Of a DNA stretch of 64,000 nt, positions 31,318 through 41,820 are shown one piece after another (within the stretch, counting starts at the first letter, position 1; each line of letters starts with the position of its first letter). The position numbers and the translations under genes were made by a program. The notes beneath the pieces are model-generated. The model was not told the origin of the DNA and ran no database searches. It worked only from the letters and a program-made list of their open reading frames with translations. Source of the stretch: an uncultured delta proteobacterium (lineage in GTDB: Bacteria; Desulfobacterota; Binatia; UBA9968); assembly GCA_963760795.1 (NCBI GenBank), contig CAVXEP010000003.1, forward strand, positions 196,179 through 260,178, written 5' to 3'.

Positions 31318-32373
31318 TTACTTGAGCGCTTCTGCCTGATAGTGGGTGATCAAGCCTTCGACCACCTCATCGATCTGCCCCTCCATCACGCGCTCAAGCT
31401 GGTAGATCGTCAAATTGATCCGGTGATCGGTCAACCGCCCCTGGGGAAAGTTATAGGTGCGGATGCGCTCGCTGCGGTCGCCGCTGCCGACCATCGATTT
31501 GCGCGACGCGGCGATCTCCGATGCCTGCTCGTCCTGCTTTTTTTCCAACAAGCGCGCGCGCAAAATCTTCATGCCCTTAGCGCGGTTTTTATGCTGCGAC
31601 TTTTCATCCTGACAAGAAATCACGATGCCCGTAGGAATATGGGTAATGCGCACTGCCGAGTCTGTCGTGTTGACGCTCTGGCCGCCTGGGCCCGACGAGC
31701 GAAACACGTCGATGCGGATTTCCTTGGGATCGATGACGAGTTCCACCTCGTCGGCTTCCGGCAACACCGCGACGGTCACTGTCGACGTATGAATGCGTCC
31801 CGAGCCTTCGGTCACCGGCACCCGTTGGACGCGGTGCACACCGCCCTCGAATTTGAGCCGGCTATAAGCGCCCTGGCCTTCGATGCTGAGGATGATTTCT
31901 TTATAGCCGCCCAGACCCGTGGGGCTGGAACTCATCAGCTCAACGCGCCAACCGCGCGACTCGGCGTAGCGCGTGTACATGCGTGACAGCTCTGCGGCAA
32001 ACAGCGCCGCCTCGTCACCGCCGGTGCCGGCGCGAATCTCAACGATAACGTTCTTCGCGTCGTTGGGATCTTTCGGCAGTATGAGAAACTTGAGCTTGGT
32101 TTCGAGGGCTTCTTTGCGCTCGCGCAGGCTCACCAACTCGTCCTTGACCAACTCGCGCATCGCTTCGTCGTTTTCCTCCATGAGCTGGCGGTTATCCGCG
32201 GTCTCTTGCTCGACCTTGCGCCATTCACGATAGCAGGTGACGATCTCTTCGAGATCGGAGCGTTCCTTGGCGACCTTCTTATACTCGCGCTGTTGGCCGA
32301 CCAAATGCGGGTCGGACATCATCCCTTCGAGTTCCATGTAACGCTTTTCGACTTCAAGTAATTTATCAAGCAT
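31318..32373 (-). CDS. prfA: peptide chain release factor 1
   Basis: GGQ motif (GPGGQSVN) and PVT specificity tripeptide. Confidence 0.97.
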   Translation of the reverse strand: MLDKLLEVEKRYMELEGMMSDPHLVGQQREYKKVAKERSDLEEIVTCYREWRKVEQETADNRQLMEENDEAMRELVKDELVSLRERKEALETKLKFLILPKDPNDAKNVIVEIRAGTGGDEAALFAAELSRMYTRYAESRGWRVELMSSSPTGLGGYKEIILSIEGQGAYSRLKFEGGVHRVQRVPVTEGSGRIHTSTVTVAVLPEADEVELVIDPKEIRIDVFRSSGPGGQSVNTTDSAVRITHIPTGIVISCQDEKSQHKNRAKGMKILRARLLEKKQDEQASEIAASRKSMVGSGDRSERIRTYNFPQGRLTDHRINLTIYQLERVMEGQIDEVVEGLITHYQAEALK

Positions 32374-32459
32374 AACTGCGTATCACTTCACGGCCGGACT
32401 ATTAGTGCCGCCGACGGTCAAGGGAGTTGGTCGCTTCAGCAACTGCATTCAAGACAAAT

Positions 32460-32498
32460 AAAAAAGGGCAAAGGGTTACGAACCTGCCCTTTGCCCTT
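32460..32498 (-). terminator. Rho-independent terminator downstream of rpmE
   Basis: agggcaaaggg..ccctttgccct stem followed by a T-run on the minus strand. Confidence 0.7.
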
Positions 32499-32535
32499 CC
32501 TAGTCGCGTAAAACGTTAATAGTTCGAATGCGGCC

Positions 32536-32757
32536 TCAGCCCTCCGCCGGACTTTCGTTCTGCATGCCGTATTTTTTTCTGAACTTTTCGACTCGACCGG
32601 CGGTGTCGACCAATTTTTGTTTACCGGTAAAGAATGGGTGGCAATTGGAGCAAATTTCCACGTGGATATTACCCACCGTCGAGCGCGTTTCGGCGATGTT
32701 GCCGCACGCGCAAGTCACTTTAGCCGCCTTATACTCTGGATGAATTCCTGGCTTCAT
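32536..32757 (-). CDS. rpmE: 50S ribosomal protein L31 (Zn-binding type)
   Basis: [29 protein letters not shown]. Confidence 0.97.
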   Translation of the reverse strand: MKPGIHPEYKAAKVTCACGNIAETRSTVGNIHVEICSNCHPFFTGKQKLVDTAGRVEKFRKKYGMQNESPAEG

Positions 32758-32973
32758 AATTACCTCTCAATGGATTGGTTTTATAACATATCGTCTGGAG
32801 CGCTTCAATTGGAGTGTTGGGACCATGTTAAGTGAGCGATTCTCAGCAAGACCCCTCACGCTATTCACCGGATTGCCAAAAAAGCCATAAGCAAATAAAC
32901 TACTAAGAATAACGTCGTTTGTGATGTTATAACCCTAACCATCGTCCGTATCAAAACCTAAAAGGTAGGTACT

Positions 32974-34257
32974 ATGAGCAAGCCAGAGACGATTCAAAGA
33001 GAACGACCCGAGATCATTCCGCCCATCCCGCTAAAAGTTGAAAGCACCAGCCTTGATTTCGGCTTTCTTGCCGACCTGGCGCTGAAAACAGTTTACGCCG
33101 ACGCCAACTGCACCACCGAGCGCGCCGCTGACAAGCTGAAACTTGCCATGCCGGTGGTGGAAGAGCTGCTGCAACATCTATATCGCGAAAAATTCCTTGA
33201 TGTGCGCGGGCTGATCAGCTACGGCAACAACCGGTACAGCATGCTCGACCGCGGCTGGCAGCGCGCCCAGCATCTCTTGGGGCTCAACGGCTACATCGGC
33301 CCGGCACCGGTATCGCTGTCCGACTACACCTACTCCGTGCTGGAGCAAAGCGCGGCGCGCGATACTGTCCACCCTGCCAGCGTGCGCGACGCGATGGCTA
33401 ACCTGGTGTTACCGGATAGCAGCGTGCAAACCCTCGGCCTGGTGGCCAGCTCCAGACGGAGTCTGTTCATGACCGGCCCCGCCGGCAATGGCAAGACCAC
33501 CATCGCCATGGCGCTCCATCAAGCGCAACAAGGCGAGATCTGGATCCCCTACGCCATCGAGATCGATGGCCAGGTGATCAAAGTCTTCGATCTGCACAGT
33601 CACCAACCTGTAGAATGCAACGATATGGGCCGATACGACGAGCGCTGGGTCAGGATCAAGCGGCCGATCATCGTTGTCGGCGGCGAAATGACCATCGAGA
33701 CAATGGATTTAATTTACAGTCAAACCGCACGCTTCTACGAAGCACCGTTTCAGATGAAATCCAACGGCGGCACGCTGGTCATCGACGACTTTGGCCGGCA
33801 ACGGGTCGATCCCCACGATCTACTCAACCGCTGGATCGTACCCCTTGAAGGCAAGGTCGACTACCTAACGCTACACACCGGCAAAAAGATCGAAGTGCCC
33901 TTCGAGCAGCTGCTGATCTTCGCCACCAACCTGGACCCCGACGACTTGGTCGACGATGCCTTCCTGCGGCGCATGGGCTACCGCCTTTACGTCAATCCGC
34001 CGGACAAGGAGATGTACACCAAAATTTTCCAGCAATATGTCGAATCCAACGGCTTCGGCTACGACGCCAAGCATCTCGATTTCGTCTATCGGCTTTACGA
34101 TGCCGACAAACGGCCGCTACGCGCCTGCGAACCGCGCGACCTGATGCTGCGCTGCGCCGACCATTGCAAGTACGAGAATCTGCCAAAGACCCTTTCCAAC
34201 GAAATAATTCTCCTAGCCTGGAAAAACTACTTTGGCGCGGAGCCAACGCTGGAATAG
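32974..34257 (+). CDS. AAA+ family ATPase of unknown function
   Basis: Walker A GPAGNGKT, Walker B LVIDDFGRQ, FATNL, DAFLRR. Confidence 0.85.
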   Translation: MSKPETIQRERPEIIPPIPLKVESTSLDFGFLADLALKTVYADANCTTERAADKLKLAMPVVEELLQHLYREKFLDVRGLISYGNNRYSMLDRGWQRAQHLLGLNGYIGPAPVSLSDYTYSVLEQSAARDTVHPASVRDAMANLVLPDSSVQTLGLVASSRRSLFMTGPAGNGKTTIAMALHQAQQGEIWIPYAIEIDGQVIKVFDLHSHQPVECNDMGRYDERWVRIKRPIIVVGGEMTIETMDLIYSQTARFYEAPFQMKSNGGTLVIDDFGRQRVDPHDLLNRWIVPLEGKVDYLTLHTGKKIEVPFEQLLIFATNLDPDDLVDDAFLRRMGYRLYVNPPDKEMYTKIFQQYVESNGFGYDAKHLDFVYRLYDADKRPLRACEPRDLMLRCADHCKYENLPKTLSNEIILLAWKNYFGAEPTLE

Positions 34258-34622
34258 CAGGACAGGGTTTCCCAGACTGCGCCGAGGGAACGAGGTTCGC
34301 CGGTCAGCCAACAGCCGCACTCGAAGATTTCACTGCTAAAAGCTCGAACCACACGAACGTAAGAACCAGACAATAATGTCGCTTTGTTGAATTCGCCGTC
34401 GCTGTTTCAGGATTTAGTTACGATTGAGATTGGCATGGCATTCAAGAGATCGACGCCCATCCACGAAGAATTCGCGTCGCAAAGAAAAGCTGCTAGGTCT
34501 TTCGCAATCAAGCAGGAAATAATCAACTTGTGGTGCCAGTGCAAAGGGACTGTTGCTATTCACGCCTTTTTTAACCGCGGTATCACTTCCTCACCAGCTT
34601 TCAGCCAAAACTGCCTCGTCCG

Positions 34623-34979
34623 TCACGAGGGTATGAGTTTTGAGAACCGTCCCGTCGGGCTGTTTCTCCGCATCCCAGAGTCCCGGAAAGGTAAAATTCG
34701 CGCCGGTCTTGAGCTTGAAGTGGATCGGAAACTTTTATTTGCCGTCTTCGAGCCACTCGTAGATGCCGTTGTTCCCGCTGAGCAAATGACTTCGTACGAG
34801 GTTTCTCCCATCCCCCGAGCCATGTATCGGGCGTATTCCTGCGCCCTTGGCATATTAGGGAATGACATTGTTGTCCTGAAAACGCTCGTTGACCCTTCTT
34901 TCAGAATGATTTCGACTATCGGTGATGATTTGTCTCTGACTGTGATTTCAACATTGGATTCTCGATATGACCGCTTCAT
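34623..34979 (-). CDS. hypothetical protein
   Basis: GGAGG RBS before the ATG; preferred over the overlapping + strand ORF. Confidence 0.45.
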   Translation of the reverse strand: MKRSYRESNVEITVRDKSSPIVEIILKEGSTSVFRTTMSFPNMPRAQEYARYMARGMGETSYEVICSAGTTASTSGSKTANKSFRSTSSSRPARILPFRDSGMRRNSPTGRFSKLIPS

Positions 34980-36202
34980 CGTTTAGTGGCCTCCGGAGGA
35001 TATTGTTGGTGCTACTTCCAATGCATATCCCAGCGGGGCTTCAATTGTTGTTCAATATTGGACGAAATTTAGAAAGTTAAACGGAAAACCTCACGCTTCG
35101 CTGGCGCGTCCGAATGTATATCCCATGTTGCGGTGAAGGTAACGGTGCTTTCTCGTCAACCCCCTCATGCCTGCGGTTGTGCCTTTCGACGGGCGCTCTT
35201 CTTGCGCGCATTGCTTTGCCGGTTTCATCACTAAGACCGATGTAAGCAGAGCCGTTGCAGTACGAGTTAACACTGTAGCTGAGCCGACTTTTTCTTCGTC
35301 CGAATCGTTGCGCCATGACGGCCCGCATGCAAAAAAAGCGGGCTCGAAGGAACCCTGGTTCACAATTTGAGGCGCTCTTTAGCGCGTAATCTCTCCCGGG
35401 CTGGTGTACCGGAAGCGCTAGCGATGGAGAACACTGGCTCCAAGACGCGTAGCAGGTAGCGCCGATATCGCATTGTCGATGGGCGAGATTTGCTGAAGGC
35501 GACCGAAAATTACAGAGTCAACTTGAGAACCAACACGACGCCAAAGTGATGCCTTTTTCGGGTAATCATTGAGCGAACACGGTCAAAAAGCGGACAGTTT
35601 ACGGACAAAGAGAATTTGCATGACTTTCACGACCTGCCAAATATCTGATTTGTTGCGGATTTTTGGGCCGAAGGGAATCGCACTACAGTTATAACGTATT
35701 GATAAAACAGAACTTCAGACTGCTCGAATAAGCCTGTTGCCCCAAAGTTGCCCCCACGCAATCGCTCCTGCTCATAGTTTTTTGTTTCCGATGCGCTCTG
35801 CGCTGCCATTTCATGCACTACAGCTTTGGCGATCTCCTCAACGTCGGTTCGCTCGCCGCGTTTCGCCCTGACAACATCTCGAATCATCTCACGCTGTCGC
35901 GTGCTCGCTACCTGACCGGTCACTACAGAATGTCGTGAGTATTTGTTCGTGTCCGAGATTCGGCGCCTACCTTATCCAAAGACGATGACAGTGAAACACA
36001 TGAAGACAGCCAAGAAGAACGGCAGGATCACGCCAAGCAGAACGACAATGGTAGGCGAAAACCTCATCAAGGAAATGGAAACAAATGACGGCGGCAACTA
36101 TTTCAGGCCGTCGTTTGAACGCGAGCGTGCTTTTGGTACAAACTTTGGGTGGCAGCTGGAAGACTTTCTGATGGCGGACCGGCTTGCACTAGGAGTTAGC
36201 GC

Positions 36203-37600
36203 ATGAACACCGCTTCATTTCTAAAACGTTTGATCGTGTCCGCCAATCCGAGCGGACGGGCGCGTCTGAATCGCCAGGCAAGGAAAGCGATTGAACTTTG
36301 CCAAGCCCTGATGTCGGACCGCGGCGAGGTTTCCGGCGCCGTGCATGCGCGCGCGGCGCTCGCCGCATGCGACGGGCTTTCCGAAGCGGGGATGGCGCTT
36401 TTCTTCGACATGCTGGTGGCGGAATTTTCCCCCGATCTGCGCCAGGTCATGCGCGCCGCCGATTTTTACCGCGCTCAGCCAACTCAAGAAAACCTGCTTG
36501 AAATGCAGCGCGTCGTCGCACCGCCGCGCCAGGAACTTTTTCATCGCCTGAACATGGCGCCTGGTGGCACGGCCACCTTGGTGGCGGTCCGGCGCGGCGT
36601 GCTGAGCGGGCTCAAAGCGCATCCGGAGTGGCGGGTTATCGACGCCGACCTTGTCCAACTATTCCGCTCCTGGTTCAATCCCGGCTTTCTCAAGCTCGAG
36701 CGGATCGACTGGCATACGCCGGCGATCATCCTTGAACAGCTGATTCACTACGAAGCAGTCCATGAAATCGCCAGCTGGACGGATTTGCGCCGGCGACTGG
36801 AAGCCGACCGCCGCTGTTTCGCTTTTTTTCATCCGGCGCTGCCGGGGCAGCCGATCATTTTCATCGAGGTGGCGCTGACCAAAGGTATCAGCGCGGCGGT
36901 GCAACCCCTGCTCGATCTGGATTCCCCGGTGACGAATCCGGAAGCCGCGGACACCGCGATGTTCTACTCGATTACCAGCTGTCAGGAAGGGCTGCGCAGC
37001 ATACCGTTCGGCAATTTGCTGATCAAAAGGGTGGCCCAAGAGCTCGGCCAGGAGTTTCCGCGCATCAAGCAGTTTGCCACCTTGTCGCCGGTTCCCGGCT
37101 TCGGCGCCTGGCTCACCTCGGTCAAAGACTCGCTCGCGTCGACCGCCGCCGGAAGGGCCGTGGCCGAATCGCTCAAATGTCTCGAGGACAGCGAATGGTG
37201 CAAACGCAAGCCTAGCGCCCGCCTTCAAGCCGATCTGATGTCGTTGTGCGCGTATTACTTACTTTGGGTAAAACAAGGACCGGAGCCCGGCGACTCGGTG
37301 GCGCGCTTTCACCTTGGCAACGGCGCGCAGCTGGAACGGATCAATTGGCTTGCGGATATTTCACCGCAGGGCTTGCAGCGCTGCGCCGGAATCATGGTCA
37401 ATTACCTCTATCGGCTCGGCGATGTCGAAGACAACCACGAGTCCTATGTCAGGGAACATCGCGTGGTGGCATCGCGTCAGTTGACCAAACTCGCGCGCGA
37501 TTGCCCGTTGTTTACGGAGCCGGTAAAGGTTAGAACCACGGGTGCGGCGAGCATCCTGTTACTGTCTACCGTGCGGTTTGGTTACCAGTTGAAGGGTTAG
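36203..37600 (+). CDS. malonyl-CoA decarboxylase
   Basis: RQELFHRLN..PGGT, WFNPGFL.L.RIDW.TPA, YEAVHEI, FYSI..CQ.GL, TLSPVPGF, VARFHLGNGA. Confidence 0.93.
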   Translation: MNTASFLKRLIVSANPSGRARLNRQARKAIELCQALMSDRGEVSGAVHARAALAACDGLSEAGMALFFDMLVAEFSPDLRQVMRAADFYRAQPTQENLLEMQRVVAPPRQELFHRLNMAPGGTATLVAVRRGVLSGLKAHPEWRVIDADLVQLFRSWFNPGFLKLERIDWHTPAIILEQLIHYEAVHEIASWTDLRRRLEADRRCFAFFHPALPGQPIIFIEVALTKGISAAVQPLLDLDSPVTNPEAADTAMFYSITSCQEGLRSIPFGNLLIKRVAQELGQEFPRIKQFATLSPVPGFGAWLTSVKDSLASTAAGRAVAESLKCLEDSEWCKRKPSARLQADLMSLCAYYLLWVKQGPEPGDSVARFHLGNGAQLERINWLADISPQGLQRCAGIMVNYLYRLGDVEDNHESYVREHRVVASRQLTKLARDCPLFTEPVKVRTTGAASILLLSTVRFGYQLKG

Positions 37601-38244
37601 CGCTTGATAGTGCCCCGGAAACAACAGCTCTTAACTTACTGCGCTAGAGTGCCAAAGGTGTTCCGATAAATGCCCGTTGGCTTAGTCGCCCTTGCCCCAA
37701 GTGCCATGGAGTCCTAGCGGTGATCGTCAGACCGCCGGACGAGAACCCGCCATTCCAGGCGGTCAATGGCCGCTGTGTTCGTTGTCGCTATCGAATGGTG
37801 TGGGCGGTAATCCGGGCAGAGAAGAAGCGCACCCGCGCACCGTGGCTGATGCAAGCGCTTAGAGTCGCTTTAGTAAATCGGCCAGCCGGAATCCCGCCAG
37901 CATGATCCCGCGCTCCGCGATGTGACCAGCCTCTCGGGCGTAACCCGAAGGCAGAACCTTCACGTTTGTGATTGTCCTGGACTCCTACGCCTTGCCCCTT
38001 GATGTACCCGGTATAGCGCCGTTCTGGTTCGTGAACTTCGCCGCGATCTCGAAACTCTCTTTCGCCCAAGACTCATAAATGACGCTTACATTATGCCCGT
38101 CGTATTCGATAATTATCTGCGCTGCGCCGAAGACTTGAGCGTCGCGATAGCTGAATGTATGGACGTCCGTCGAGGATTTGACCCCACGGTCAATTCCTAG
38201 ACGATCTTGTTACTGTCCGTCTTTTGTCCGTATACCAGAAACAA

Positions 38245-38286
38245 CAAGCCCCAAGCACTGCCAGTGATCGCAGTGCTTGGGGCTTG
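38245..38286. terminator. perfect 17-bp hairpin, possibly a bidirectional terminator
   Basis: caagccccaagcactgc / gcagtgcttggggcttg with an 8-nt loop, flanked by A/T-rich bases. Confidence 0.65.
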
Positions 38287-38360
38287 GTTTTGTTGGGCTT
38301 TGACGGCACGTCTAGGTCTAGTCACGGATGATTTTGATTGCCATTCAAGAGGTCGGGTTG

Positions 38361-38522
38361 TTACGCCCTCTTGAACAGCGGTATCACTTCTGCGCCAGCT
38401 CTTAGTCCATCCAGATAATCCGCCCAAGCCTGCATCATCTTGCGCCGCTCCGGCAGATGCTCCGCAAAGTTGTAAGCCGCGCTCACCGCGTTGCGCTCCG
38501 CATGCGCAAGCTGGCGCTCGAA
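38361..38522 (-). pseudogene. tyrosine integrase (P4/IntA-like) C-terminal fragment
   Basis: ERQLAHAERNAVSAAYNFAEHLPERRKMMQAWADYLDGLRAGAEVIPLFKRA*, containing the catalytic His and Tyr region. Confidence 0.88.
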
Positions 38523-38529
38523 TCGCCAT

Positions 38530-39018
38530 CTAGTCCAACGTGCTTCTGCCCCCAGGGCCTATCCAACTTCCGGCAACTCTTCGTGGATCGTCAAAGAAAT
38601 GACAAGAGCATAGAAGACTGGCGGACGCGCCAAGTGACGCGCCCAAAGAGAAGCCCGCGACGTCGATCCAATACGGGTCGTGATTTACTCCCCAGAACTT
38701 GATGTACGCCTTCTGGATCCCTTTGTCAGCTACTATACCCTCTGCGCCCGCCAAGGTTACAAAGCCTTGGAAGTCGGAAGCCCTGAGGGGCACGTCCGTC
38801 CGGAAGAACGTAAACTGAAGGTTTCCGGCGCTCGCGCCGCGTATCCCTACGCCTGCACCAACTCCAACGCTAAGCAGCCGTCCGGGGAAATACATCTGTT
38901 CCTTGACGTTGACCAGATAGACCAAATCCACACCGACGACGACGCCTCCGCCCGCACTGGCCCCAAGGGCCACCATGAAGCCTCAGTCGATGCTAATCCT
39001 GTCGGGAGATATTCCCAT
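38530..39018 (-). pseudogene. Gly-rich hypothetical protein with an in-frame TGA at codon 12
   Basis: GAGGAGG RBS and ATG at 39018, MGISPDRISID*GFMVALG..., TGA at 38983-38985. Confidence 0.45.
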
Positions 39019-39209
39019 CGCAACCTCCTCGCGTAAAAGCAATTTTATCTTTGCTCACTACCCCCTCTTCACTTGATAGCTCAGCAAGAGCTCATATGTG
39101 TCCCGCAATTTTTGTCTTGCTTTCAAAAAGTCCTTGAAACATTTTCATATCTACCTCCGTAATTTATAGCAAGCGCCGGTGATAGCGAACCTGGACGGCG
39201 CGAACCGCT

Positions 39210-39470
39210 TGGAAAAAACCAGACGGCCAAACACTACGCACCTATACGATTATCACGACCGAACCCAACGAGATGCTCGCGCCGGTTCATAACCGCATGC
39301 CTGTTATACTTTGCGACAGCAATGCGCTTGACTGGCTTAAAGGTGGCGAGATCGAGCAGGCTCTTGCCTTGCTTAAACCGTTGCCCGCTGACTTGATGGA
39401 TGGCTACGAAGTTTCCAAGTTGGTGAACAGTCCCGTCAACGATACACCCGACTGCATTGCGCCAGTTTGA
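39210..39470 (+). pseudogene. SOS response-associated peptidase (SRAP/YedK) C-terminal fragment
   Basis: WKKPDGQTLRTYTIITTEPNEMLAPVHNRMPVIL..VSKLVNSPVNDTPDCI; the N-terminal catalytic Cys region is absent. Confidence 0.85.
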
Positions 39471-39658
39471 TGCCGATGCGCAGACTGAAAGTGTCCATGT
39501 TGCTGACAGTCGGAGAAACGATTAAACGGTTCTGCTTGTGGTCATTTAAATCAATTCAATGAGGCGCTTATCGCTCCACTGAATGGTTATTGAGTCGTGT
39601 CGACGCAAATTGACAGCAAGGAATAACCTTGCCATCAATGCACGGGAAAGTTGCAGAG

Positions 39659-39853
39659 CTAGGATGCCGAATCGCAACTCGAGGGCGTGCCAACACACGC
39701 CGTTACATTACTCCAACCACTCGACAATCCATTAGAAATGTTAGTATTCTTAACGGCGACCCAAAAAACCAGCGCCACCAAGACCACGATCAAAGTGTAC
39801 TCAACGAGACCTTGACCATCTTCTTCGATTAACAAACGTTTCAACAGCTCCAT
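39659..39853 (-). CDS. flp: Flp family type IVb pilin
   Basis: EEDGQGLVEY cleavage/Flp motif followed by a hydrophobic helix; 64 aa; strong RBS. Confidence 0.9.
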   Translation of the reverse strand: MELLKRLLIEEDGQGLVEYTLIVVLVALVFWVAVKNTNISNGLSSGWSNVTACVGTPSSCDSAS

Positions 39854-39981
39854 CTGAATTCACCCCCTTTCTTAGAGACTCTTTCCCCGGTGTTTTCTGC
39901 TTCCCCGGATCACCGCCCACACCAACGCGGCAATAAAAGGGGGAATCGCCATGGCGCAAGCCCCGGCAATTTTAGGCTGAC

Positions 39982-40338
39982 TCAATGACTATCGCGGGCG
40001 CCGGGTATTCGGGCTCGGCGCTTCATTTGACTTTGGTTATTTCTGACTTTGGTTATTTCTGTGACTGAATCCGACAACGCCCGAATCAGAGGTTTATATT
40101 TCGCAGCAAGCGCCTCAAGACTGGTCTCTGTAACTGCGCGCTTTCGAGCTGTCCACGCCGTGAGCGTTTCGTCGCTTCGCTGATCCTGCTTAGTTAGCAT
40201 GACTAATATTGGTTGAACTTCGCGCTTATATGCTTCTAGTAAAGCAAGATAGAGGTCCTCAAAACCTTTTTTCGGTTCATATATTCCATACATAACCAGA
40301 TAACTCCGCTCCGGGGTCAAGCCCCGCGCTTCCAGCAT
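39982..40338 (-). CDS. hypothetical protein
   Basis: 118-aa ORF in the island; no recognised motif. Confidence 0.4.
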   Translation of the reverse strand: MLEARGLTPERSYLVMYGIYEPKKGFEDLYLALLEAYKREVQPILVMLTKQDQRSDETLTAWTARKRAVTETSLEALAAKYKPLIRALSDSVTEITKVRNNQSQMKRRARIPGARDSH

Positions 40339-40574
40339 TATTCATTGCGCTTGGGGCCTTGCTTTTGCGCTTCTACGTGCGGTAGAAGAACGCTCCGTTA
40401 GCTGTGGCCACTGATGATCAACGAACACAAAATACTGCAACCCATGCTCGATAAGATCGAGCCAGATTGGGTTATAGTTGTTTACCTCCAAAGATTCTGT
40501 CCAATATTAGACAAGTTTTTAAACTAATTCGCTGTACCCACGCCATCGCCAAACGCCCGTTTGCCATCGGATTA

Positions 40575-40889
40575 ATGCCGGTGGTAAGCCTGATGGCCGA
40601 GATGATGGAACAATACAAAGACCTTTGGATGTCCGGCCATGCCACTCCCGGCTATCCCGCCGGCCATAAGTTGACGCCTGGCGACTGCGTATTATATCAG
40701 CGCCCCGACAACTCAGTGGTGGAGCTAAGCCGTGGAATCTATTTGGCTGGCGATTTGTCTGACTTATTGCAACAACTCGAAGATCTCATTGTATCTAGTC
40801 GCAAACTCAGGGAGGAAAATAAAAGGCTTGCGGATGAACAAAAGAAGCTCTTAATTGAGTTACTCACCGAATTCAAAGAAATCAAATAA
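40575..40889 (+). CDS. hypothetical protein with a C-terminal coiled coil
   Basis: Heptad-like LQQLEDLIVSSRKLREENKRLADEQKKL; the start is uncertain. Confidence 0.4.
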   Translation: MPVVSLMAEMMEQYKDLWMSGHATPGYPAGHKLTPGDCVLYQRPDNSVVELSRGIYLAGDLSDLLQQLEDLIVSSRKLREENKRLADEQKKLLIELLTEFKEIK

Positions 40890-41164
40890 TCGCCCACCAC
40901 CGACCCCACATCCGGCGCCCGCTCCGGCGTCCGCCTTCCGTCAGGCCACGCCCGCAGGCGTAGGGCTTGGCGGCCGGTCTATTGGAAAAACAAATAGACG
41001 ATGAAAAGAAGTGGCAGAACCACGCCAAGCAAAATCACGATAGTTGACGAGAGTATCATCTAGCCGACCGTGCTTTAGTACGGGGCGCGGCTTGACTGAT
41101 TTTCTTAATATCGTTGATCCAACTCCGGGCGAAAAGCTTGGCTTCTTTCTCGGCGGCCGACTCC

Positions 41165-41395
41165 TTCTCAAAGCTCTCTGCCCCAGCCTGTGCCTGCTTC
41201 TCCGCTTTGCGCGCCTCACCAGGATCAATGCCTGCGGCAGAAAGCCCCTTCGCCTTACCACCGAAGCGGTATTTTCCAGCGCCACCATTTACCGCCAGCA
41301 GTGCTGACTATCAGATACAGACCACCACCATCGAATAACTTGAAGGGCTTTGCCCGAGGTTTTGCGGAGCGAATAGCGGTATCAGTTAATGGCAT
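41165..41395 (-). pseudogene. tyrosine integrase (P4/IntA-like) N-terminal arm-binding domain remnant
   Basis: MPLTDTAIRSAKPRAKPFKLFDGGGLYLIVSTAGGKWWRW, a frameshift, KYRFGGK.K.LS, an apparent deletion, then GIDPGEARKAEKQAQAGAESFE. Confidence 0.88.
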
Positions 41396-41563
41396 GTGGG
41401 GTAACTCACTTTCGAGATCTACCAGTTGCCCCCAGAGTTGCCCCCAATATGGGGGCAGCTTTAGTGGAACGGCATACGGACCATGCCGGACGCTATACAA
41501 GGAAAAGGTGTTTAGCTACAATGGGTTAACGGACTTATTAGGACAATCTTGGAAGGGAAATAG

Positions 41564-41636
<73 letters not shown>

Positions 41637-41820
41637 ACATGAACAACGCGGAAATGGGAAGGATAAAGTCGAACTGTGAGCTAATATCTAAATTCAGCGG
41701 ACGAAAGTCAATGTCCTGCGGCGCAATCCTGAATACGGTTTGAACATTTTAAACGGCTTGCCTTCGATAGTCTCAGGTCCTGAGCGTGCCGAAGAGAACA
41801 ATGGGACGGTCTCCAAAATC

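Noticed and set aside
34384-34986. 200-aa plus-strand ORF
   Set aside because: It spans an att-like remnant and an integrase tail and has no RBS; the minus-strand ORF with GGAGG is more plausible.
38983-38985. Selenocysteine codon
   Set aside because: There is no redox-motif context and no convincing SECIS; a nonsense mutation in a decayed island is simpler.
39854-39980. Riboswitch upstream of flp
   Set aside because: Only short ccgggga repeats are present; I could not match a c-di-GMP or other aptamer consensus by eye.
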